From the NCBI RefSeq assembly GCF_011745625.1, contig NW_027191498.1, forward strand, positions 114,416-134,415: a stretch of 20,000 nt of DNA, in the 5' to 3' direction. The position numbers were made by a program, and so were the translations under genes. This stretch comes from Cladosporium halotolerans. Lineage: Eukaryota. Below are positions 1 through 8,006 of this stretch, piece after piece (the first letter of the stretch is position 1; each line of letters starts with the position of its first letter). The notes under the pieces were generated by a model, which saw only the letters and a program-made list of their open reading frames with translations, was not told where the DNA came from and did not search any database.

Positions 1-691
1 TTTCTCTTCGGTGGCGTGGGCGTCGAAGCTGAGACCGTTCAGTTTACGTGGGATGGCAGAGTCCCAGACGCTGTGCAGGTTGAGGCGCTGCGTGTGGTGT
101 CCGTCGAAGGAGACGGGAATGTCGTTGCCGCCGCGGCTGAGGTCTTCGGTGTGCAGGGGCTGATGGATGTCGCCGATGAAGTGCAAAAGGTATTTGAGAG
201 CTTCGTTGCGGGTGTGCTGGTTGGTATTTGGGTCAAGGAGGAGGGAGGTCTGGGACATAGGTTAGTTGGTTGGGTTAGGGTGGGTTGTGGTGGGCGAGAA
301 CTGTTACCTGGTTAGAGATAGCGGAGATCACGCAGCCCTGGATTTCTTTACAGTCCCGGGCGTAATTGAGATTGCATTGCTCGGGCGGACTGTCCTTTGC
401 GTCTTGGGAATGATTAGATCGGATTCATCAGTCTGGCCTTGAGTTCCTTCCCTCACCGATAAAGTGCCATCCTTCGGTGTAGCCCCGATTGTGGCGGATG
501 GAGTCGGCCCAAACAGCGGCATCGCTGATGTCGAAGGACGTCGTCGGCCTGATGAGGGTCTCAAACAGCTCCGCACCCTCGTTGGTGAACCTCTTCTGTG
601 CTAGATAGCCTACTGTTCGGTGCCCAAGCCCGCCCCAACAGACCACTTGGCTTGCGAATGTGAGAATAGCGAGAGAGGGTGACTTAAGCAT
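1..691 (-). CDS. S1/P1 nuclease, secreted; 3' end lies beyond the window. Exons 691-457, 402-308, 249-<1
   Basis: Signal peptide followed by mature N-terminus WGGLGH. The spliced product reads AVWADSIR..WHFIDAKDSPPEQCNLNYARDC..GCVISAISNQ..ALKYLLHFIGDIHQPLH..GGND..NLHSVWD, the Zn-binding motifs of the S1/P1 family. Introns 456-403 (GTGAGG..CTAAT..AAG) and 307-250 (GTAACA..CTAAC..CAG) keep the frame. Confidence 0.95.
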
Positions 692-1119
692 TTTGTTGTT
701 TAAACAAGGCAGTGTTGGATTCAGAAATGTCCAAAGAATACGGCCTGGGCGCGGCTTCTAAATAGCTGGCTGGCTGGAGGCTGGAAGTCGGTGTCAGCCC
801 ATGCCCTTTGGGCTGAGCGGGATCCACCTTGCCTGGGGCTTGCATAAACGTGGGATTCCCATGCACGCGTGGTTTGCAATGTACATTATCTTTTTGATAC
901 TGTAGTCGTCAATGGCCAGGATATTAACGGCGAGCGCCACCAATATGCTGCTGACAGGTGCAGTGTCCCCATGTGTCTCCGTACCGAAGGGGCGATTGGC
1001 TGTGGTGGACAGCCGCCAAAGCGGGGGGTTTTGTTTCACAGCGCGCGTGTTCGTCAGGCCATGGAAGACATCTGCTTCCTCACGTTTGAAGACAAGATAA
1101 TTCACCAGAGGCCAGTACG

Positions 1120-1587
1120 ATGTTGCCAGTAATTTCAGGGCAATGCGCTTGCGGCAAAGCAACCTGGTCATCCACCTCCGCCCCAGAACACCTGGACTTC
1201 TGCTACTGCTCCACATGCCAACAGAACTCCGGCGCGCCATTCGCCCCCTGGATCGGGGTCGCCAAATCGGCTATTAGCTGGACTGGTAGCATATCGAGTT
1301 GGAGGCCCACCATCTTTGACGGCGAGATCAGCGTCTCAGAGAGGACATTTTGCGCAGAATGCGGATCCTGTCTTGCGATACAGTACGACCTCTACACCGA
1401 GAAGACGCACTTGGCTGCGGGAACGGTGATCCAAGGCGGTGGGAGCATTCCGCCTGTTTGTATGCATCTCTGGCTGAAGAGCGCGCCGGTCTGGTACCAT
1501 GTTTCTGATGATGGGGTTCCGCGGTACCAGGAGTTCCCGAATGACTTCGAGAAAGCACTGGAGGCGCACTTGAAGAGACGAGTGTAA
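1120..1587 (+). CDS. GFA / Mss4-like (CENP-V family) zinc-binding protein, 155 aa
   Basis: Cys pattern GQCACG...FCYCSTCQQNSGAPF...RTFCAECGSCL and C-terminal HLWLKSAPVWY are typical of the glutathione-dependent formaldehyde-activating family. Single exon. Confidence 0.9.
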   Translation: MLPVISGQCACGKATWSSTSAPEHLDFCYCSTCQQNSGAPFAPWIGVAKSAISWTGSISSWRPTIFDGEISVSERTFCAECGSCLAIQYDLYTEKTHLAAGTVIQGGGSIPPVCMHLWLKSAPVWYHVSDDGVPRYQEFPNDFEKALEAHLKRRV

Positions 1588-2026
1588 CTTTGGAATGGGG
1601 TTTGAATCAAGAGGTTTTATTTATTTGGCAGGCTGATACTAAAGACAGATCAGGCAAAGCACATATCAGTGATCGTCCGTACACGTGAGTTTGGAATAGG
1701 GGAAAACGGGAGATATATGAATGCGTAATATGATGACCAATGACATAGCTAAGGGATATATAGATAGATTACAGAAAATTGCCAGATGACACTGGCGAAG
1801 ACCAATCGCTCGGCGCCGAAGAGACTGTCGGCAGCCCAAATAAAGCATGATGCAAAGCGCATCCGTCGAATTCGTACACGTCTGTGTGTGAGATCGCTGA
1901 AGAGCGGTTGTTGCGATTGCTGATTCCCCGAGCTACGCTCTACGCGGCGGGGATGGTGGCAATCGGTTGTTCGTGTTGCAGTGAGCCCTTGTGCTCCGAT
2001 GTTGTTCCTCCTTTCTTGCTATGCAT

Positions 2027-3445
2027 TTAAAGGACGTTGCCGGTGACACCATCGGTGACGCCGGTGACCTTGTCAAGGGAGAGGCCCTCGAGGATGTCGC
2101 GCTCGGAAAGGCCGATAGACTTGGTGAGCTCGTCGATGGAGAGGTTCTCCAGCACGTCGCGCTTGGAGAGGTTGAGGGACTTGGTGAGCTCGTCGACGGA
2201 GAGGTTGTCGGTGATGGAGCGCTTGACAATCTTCTCGATGGTGCCCATGACGTCGCTGACATCGACATCAGCGTTGACGGCGGAGCGCCTGACAAGGCCC
2301 TCAACGTCGCTGACGACGCTGCCAGCGGCACCAGAGTTGAGGTCGAGGACGCCGCTGTTCTCGCGCTTGACAAGATCATCAACCTTGTTCATGAGGCCAC
2401 CGACGGTGCCGGAGTTCAGGTCGAGAACATCGGCGTTGTCACGCTCAAGGAGGCCCTCGGCCTTGTCAACAACACCGCCAACGGTGCCGGAGTTCAGGTC
2501 AAGAGCGTCAGAGCTGTCGCGCTCGAGGAGACCCTCGGCCGTGTTAACAACACCGCCGACGGCACCGGAGTCGAGGTCGAGAGCATCGGCGTTGTCACGC
2601 TTGAGGAGACCCTCAGCCTTGTCAACAACACCACCAACGGCGCCGGAGTTCAGGTCAAGAGCATCAGCGTTGTCACGCTCGAGGAGACCCTCGGCCTTGT
2701 CAACAACGCCGCCAACGGCGCCGGAGTTGAGGTCAAGAGCATCAGCGTTGTCACGCTCGAGGAGACCCTCGGCCTTGCCAACGACACCGCCGACGGCACC
2801 AGAGTTGAGGCCGAGCACGTCGCCGTTGTCACGCTTGAGGTTGGTGACACCGAGACCGTTGACAGCGCCGCCAACAGTGCCGGTAACGCTACCGACAGTC
2901 TCGCCGAGACCGAGGTCACGCTGCTTGAGGTTGGTGAGACCGAGGCCGTTGACGGTGTCCTTGACGCCGCCGACAGTCTCGCCAGCCTCGCCGACGACAC
3001 CACGCTTGAGGTTGGTGACGCCAAGGCCGTTGACGGTGCCGGTGGCAGTGCTGACAACGCCGTCAACCGTGCCGCCGAGACCGATGTCGCGCTGCTTCAG
3101 GTTGGTAAGGCCAACGTTGTTGACGGTGTCCTTGGTGTTGTCGACGGTCTGGCCGACGACGCCACGCTTGAGGTTGACACCACCGACGATGCCTTCGGCC
3201 TCATTGACAACGTTGTTGACAACACCGGCCTGGCGCTTGAGGTTGCCGAGGTTGACCTTGTCGACGGTCTCCTGAGCCGTGTTGACAGCGTCGCCGGCAA
3301 GGCCACGCTCGCCAACGACACCCTCGAGGTTGACGAGGCCGGTGACATCGTGGACGGCACCGCCAATGACGCCGCTCTCCTGGCGCTTGGTCGGCAGGGC
3401 CATGGTGGCCGCCGTGAGGGCAAGGGTGATGAAAGCGTACTGCAT
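2027..3445 (-). CDS. Secreted Kex2-processed repeat protein (KEP-type multi-peptide precursor), 472 aa
   Basis: N-terminal signal peptide MQYAFITLALTAATMA followed by LPTKR. Then 18 segments of 20-29 aa, each preceded by KR, RR, ER or KQR. Codon usage is strongly biased (mostly C/T-ending). No introns are needed. Confidence 0.9.
   Translation of the reverse strand: MQYAFITLALTAATMALPTKRQESGVIGGAVHDVTGLVNLEGVVGERGLAGDAVNTAQETVDKVNLGNLKRQAGVVNNVVNEAEGIVGGVNLKRGVVGQTVDNTKDTVNNVGLTNLKQRDIGLGGTVDGVVSTATGTVNGLGVTNLKRGVVGEAGETVGGVKDTVNGLGLTNLKQRDLGLGETVGSVTGTVGGAVNGLGVTNLKRDNGDVLGLNSGAVGGVVGKAEGLLERDNADALDLNSGAVGGVVDKAEGLLERDNADALDLNSGAVGGVVDKAEGLLKRDNADALDLDSGAVGGVVNTAEGLLERDSSDALDLNSGTVGGVVDKAEGLLERDNADVLDLNSGTVGGLMNKVDDLVKRENSGVLDLNSGAAGSVVSDVEGLVRRSAVNADVDVSDVMGTIEKIVKRSITDNLSVDELTKSLNLSKRDVLENLSIDELTKSIGLSERDILEGLSLDKVTGVTDGVTGNVL
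2030..2218 (-). repeat. Coding tandem repeat, about 3 x 60 bp (20 aa, x[I/V]x[D/E]xLSxDx[L/V]T)
   Basis: KEP residues 410-472: SITDNLSVDELTKSLNLSKR / DVLENLSIDELTKSIGLSER / DILEGLSLDKVTG... Confidence 0.85.
2285..2830 (-). repeat. Coding tandem repeat, 7 x 78 bp (26 aa, consensus DNADALDLNSGAVGGVVDKAEGLL[E/K]R)
   Basis: Direct reading of KEP residues 206-387. Central units are near-identical and the end units are more diverged. Confidence 0.95.
2831..3163 (-). repeat. Coding higher-order repeat: two copies of a two-peptide unit (GVVG...LTNLKQR + D[I/L]GLG...NGLGVTNLKR)
   Basis: KEP residues 95-205, segments of 25, 29, 28 and 29 aa in an A-B-A-B arrangement. Confidence 0.85.
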
Positions 3446-4986
3446 TATGTAAAAGAGTGTATGTGTAAAGAGTGTAAGAGTTGGTAAAAGAGAGAAGAAT
3501 TAGACAGTTGCTTGTAGTTGTACGGTGGTGGTGGAAGGAAAACAGCTTTCAGTGAGGGCGACAATCAGTTCATATACGACTGCACCTTGCGGTGATCCTT
3601 GATTGTTGCCCCCTCCGTGAGCCTTCAGGCGCCGACATGGTCGAGTCAGCCTTGAGCCCAGTTGGTCCTGAAGATATGGATTTACCGTTGCAATCTACCA
3701 AAAGATCTACATCCAGGGTGTTGTGGACAGTAATGATCTTCGTGTAACGGTGCTTGACTTGGTCCGTTTACTGCCAAAGCACAGGTTAGCGGAGTATAGT
3801 CAGGTCCTGGTGCTCGAACTAGAGGCACGGTGCGGACCTGGGGGCCTTGCGTGCGGCATTCTCCAATGACATTATTTGTTTGCAACGTCGTCGTAGTTGC
3901 TACTCCTGAAGAACGGTGGACTAGCACGGCTGTGTGGAGCACTGTCGACGAACGATCGCAATTCTCCCACCTTGTCAGGTACAAGGCTAGTGGAGTGAGG
4001 AACATGACTCCAGATTTTGATCGAGCATTGTGTTGAAGTGCGATTTTGATATCTTGGTCCATGTGAGTGCCATGTGAGCGGAACGCAAGGAACTCTTGTC
4101 TAGCTTTGACACAGTCTCGCAGTGTTTGAGACAAATCCCGTTTGTAGCGACATAGAATCATGATCAAGCCAACTTCTTCATGTGCATGGGGTGCCTGACA
4201 GGAGGGATGGTGTGAGCACCATGCTGGGGCCGCGTACCCACTCCGCCCGGGCCGGGTCACTACTAGGGCTTAACCTCAAGTAATCCTGGGGATCTTCGGA
4301 CTGGCGGCCGGCGGTCAGTGTAGTGCCGAAGTTCGGGGTGGTTCGGTCTGTATTGTGCGCTCTGCTGGTAGGAGAACCTGACAGCTATGTGTCATATCGA
4401 ATTCAAGACCTTGTCGAGGGCAGGCGGTCTCTGCGTAGATCCTAGTCTTCCGATACATCCGGGGCAAATCCCAGTACGTAGCCATGTCAGCTCTGCCATG
4501 GAGTACGTAGAACCGACGATGTGGACAAATCCTGGAGCAGTGGATAGCATCCCATGTTGACTGGGCGATACCGCCACAAGCACTTTGCGTCCCCATCTGT
4601 GCGAGTCCTGCGGGCTGAAGATGCAGGTTTCACCAAACGTGTTCGCTGCCACGCTAAGATCTCCAGGGCGAACGGTTTTGACGGCTCAATTTCTCCCAGC
4701 CTTTCAATGATGCCCTTTTGGTGTTGCTGTGCCCCCGAGTTACCTGTCACAAAACCATAGTGTAGGATTCAGCCCTGATAATGTATCTTACGCCTGTTCT
4801 GCATTAGCCATGTGCAGTACTTCGATAGAACCACTCAGCACAATAATTTGTCAATCAACCCTGTGCAACTCACTGCGGACGCTGTCCGTGCCCATGATTC
4901 GTGGCCTGCCAGCGTGGCTGGAGCGTGCAAGCCGTGACACGTCAAAATCTCCGCTGGACGGGCGAAGATCGGCCTCCGGACAATGC

Positions 4987-5208
4987 CAGCCCGTCGTTCA
5001 TCCGAAAGTTTGAGGTCTATGAGGTCCTATGATAGAGGTACCATATCTGAATATACCTTTTCTCCGTATTAATAAAGACCTTTAACGTACTACCTTCCCC
5101 CTTAGACGATTAAGACCGATTTTCTACCCGGAGGGTCTAGATATTCACTATACTCGGACACGTCGTGGTCGACTAAAGCCTGCAAACTTTCGGATGAAGG
5201 GTGGGCTG
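4987..5208. mobile_element. Putative MITE-like non-autonomous element or transposon relic, 222 bp
   Basis: Inverted repeats at 4987-5012 and 5183-5208 match at 23 of 26 positions, with a perfect 16-bp core TTCATCCGAAAGTTTG (4997-5012 / 5183-5198). They enclose an AT- and TpA-rich non-coding interior. No target-site duplication found. Confidence 0.55.
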
Positions 5209-5899
5209 CTCGGAGTTGTTCCGCATGCCATCGTCCACGACCTCAACCACCGGTCTAGCGGGTCTCGCTGACTCTCTTAGGCTTGCTTAGTGATATGGTG
5301 CGATGGTGCACAGTGGTGAGTCAACCGTTAACATGAGCTATCACAAGATATCACACGGCCTGGAACCATCTTTCATGCGTTGTGCTCCCAACCGACTCGG
5401 TGGACCGATGTCGAGGGAGAACAGACAGTACTGTGACGTCGTGTGGCCATTTGCAGGGATGAGAACCCCTGTGAGCGACATTCGACGTGTCAAAGGGCAC
5501 GTGGTGCATGTCCGCATGTGGTTTCAATACCAGCCATGTTTGCGTGACCAGTAATATCTGCTCTTCAGGGGCAGTTCTCGCGCTACCTCGTGGCGTCTAT
5601 CACGACAATGCACTGCTAGCCTCTACGAACGGGGACATGGTAAGGCTACTTTGTGGAGCAGCGTCTTGTCCGAGTCCCGTGGCAACCAACCAGCAAGGCG
5701 ATGCTTCATCTTCGGGTGTTCATGCTTGTCTTAACCATGCCGTTGGCCGAAGATCGCTTGATATCACGCCTGGTAGAATGAGAGTTCGACGTCGTAAGGA
5801 ATAGAAGCCCCAGCCCCACGCAAACGTGTGTCGTTCTCAGGATTATTCCAAAAGATGATCAGGTGTCAAGGATGTGGTACCACTACATGTATCTGAGAG

Positions 5900-7347
5900 C
5901 TACTCCAGCTTAACCAACCAACCATCTCCCTCCCTCTCGCCCTTGGCATTCACGCCACCCCAGATCATGATAGTAGCGCCATCTTTCAGCACATCACACC
6001 CAAATGACGCACGAGGCCCAGGATGGACCTTGCCAGCCTCACCATCACCCAGCTTCTCCAGCGCAGGCGGCTGAATGTCGACTTCAGCCCAGGCATCGGT
6101 TCCAGTGTCCGCCTTGAACGCAGACCGAATGCTATCCTTGATCGCGGCGGGGCGAAGAGTCTCGGACCATGAAGCCTTGCGACCTGGTGTGACCGAGGGG
6201 AGCTGCAGAGTCCAAAGGTCAGGGTATTGAGTTGGCTCGGAGGATGCTGCCGGCTGCGATTCGGTGGCAGCTGCGGAGGAGTCTGAAGCAGAGGGTTCCT
6301 GAGCGGACTTGCTCTCTGCGCCGGATGGCGATGCGCCGAAGAAGTGCAAGAGGTAGTGTCGTCCGTGTCCGGTTGTCATCGGCAGCAGGCCGCCGGCGAC
6401 GCGCGGTTCGGGCGATGAAACCAATGGATTAGTGGGGAATGAGCGAGTCGTCCAAGCAGAAGGGCTCGAGGGATTGATGGCTGATGAGATAGGCAAAGCA
6501 TGGACGTAGCCACTCAAGCCATCGGTATCAGGGCCGATTACGAGAAGCCAGAGTACACCGGTAGCGAGGGAAGCGTTGGTGTTGGCCTGGGGAGCGTCTG
6601 GCAAGCGAGTCCATGTCTTGTTTGCGTACGAGAAGTGCCACGTATCTTTCAAGGGCTCGCCAGTCTTGCCGAAACCACCATGCAGAACAAGGTCGTTGTT
6701 GCAATCAAAGAGCTTGCCTTCCGTCCTAGGTTCAGGGACCTCCTGCTCGCCCAGCTTAGGGCCGATGAACTCCCAAGTCGACTTTGCGGTGTTGAACAAC
6801 CAAATACGACCCTTCTCGTCAATGGCATCGCCCTGCGCATCACGACCACTGAATACGGCGACGCATACGTTGAAAGCGCATGCTGCATGTCTGGTCCTGG
6901 CTACAGGGACGCTGTTTGAGTCGTCTTCCGAAGCAGCTGGTGCCTCGCCACCTGTCGACCCTGCTGGTAACGCCGGCAAGAGAGCATACTGTGACTCGCC
7001 TTGCTTCTCGAGCTCTTCGGACGAGAGCAAAGAGATGACGTGGATTTCCGTCGTAGCGAGCTGACTCTCGCCGGTCTCACCGCCAAAGATGAATGCCTTG
7101 TCCCCAACAATCGTCAAGCTATGATTCGACCTGGCGAGCGATGCTCTGAGATGGATCAGCGAACGCACTCGAACAAGATGTGGGATCCATATTACCTCGT
7201 TTCGTCATCCGGTGCTGATGCGATCTGAGTGAACGTTCCTTTCAAGGGCATTGTCGGTTGTGACACCATGTATGCGGCTACACCAGCTTGAACGCCAGTC
7301 GAGACGACTTCTTCAGCAGCCCATGCCCCGGCTGCTATTTCCGCCAT
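5900..7347 (-). CDS. Kelch-repeat beta-propeller protein, about 465 aa. Exons 7347-7196 and 7145-5900
   Basis: Kelch motifs ARSNHSLTIVGDKAFIFGGE, ARTRHAAC, LVLHGG..DTWHFSYANKTWTRLPD, HPGPRASFG..IMIWGG. The true start MAEIAAGAWAAEEVVSTG is joined through a 50-nt intron 7195-7146 (GTAATA..GCTGAT..CAG) that restores the frame. Confidence 0.88.
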
Positions 7348-8006
7348 TTTCGAGTAGGCTGACGGAGTTCTTCTATAGTACTCTGTTGTAGAGTCTCACG
7401 CACACCCCCTTCTTTAGAAGCAAGGGATAGGACACGAGTTGTAGTGACGGATCTCGAACGGAATGCGAGAAAGGGCGTGTCTCCAATGATGTAAATGTGT
7501 TAAGCCCTCAAAACCTGTGAATCATTAATCAATTGTAACATGAATAGTCTACAAGGAGTCCCCAAGCATGACAGGTTGGATTGAGCATTGAAGCCGTGCT
7601 GGCTGCATGATGTAATGCCTAAAGACGAGACAAGGTTTAAGGTTCTCCGCAACGCCGGGAGTGCCCGCTGCGCGGAGAGAGCCAAATCCACCTCCCGCCT
7701 GCCGCTTGTCCATCGGCGCACGCAGCGAGACGACCACCCCGATCATCACCCCGCTAGCGCGCATCCCCGACGCCCTCTGGCATGCCGCGCGCGCACCGGG
7801 CATCCAACATTGCGAATTGGTACGCCGAATACGAGGAGACGATTTCTACGACTATCCTACTACGCGCACGAAGGCCGAGGCGCACACGCGCTGTCTGGCC
7901 GACGCACGCGCACCACCACGCTCGCTTCTTGGACTACGACTCAGTCGAGTCTCACGGCGCGAACTACCCATTCGTTACTCACAACTAATCCATCACCGAC
8001 ATCATT

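Noticed and set aside
2285..2830. CRISPR-like regular repeat array
   Set aside because: Contiguous 78-bp coding tandem repeats with no unique spacers, in a eukaryotic context, with no cas genes.
1991..3487. 498-aa and 412-aa plus-strand ORFs antisense to the KEP gene
   Set aside because: Shadow ORFs. The 498-aa frame is codon-aligned with the KEP gene, which avoids TTA, CTA and TCA, so no antisense stops arise, and the repeats propagate the open frames. Only the minus strand has a signal peptide and regular dibasic sites.
3682..4760. 192-aa and several shorter ORFs upstream of the KEP gene
   Set aside because: Often non-ATG starts, no recognisable domain or codon bias, and no consistent splice model could be built.
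1120..7347. RiPP (dikaritin) biosynthetic cluster around the repeat precursor
   Set aside because: No DUF3328/UstYa, tyrosinase, methyltransferase or transporter in the window. The repeats lack Tyr/Trp cores, and the GFA and kelch neighbours have no evident link.
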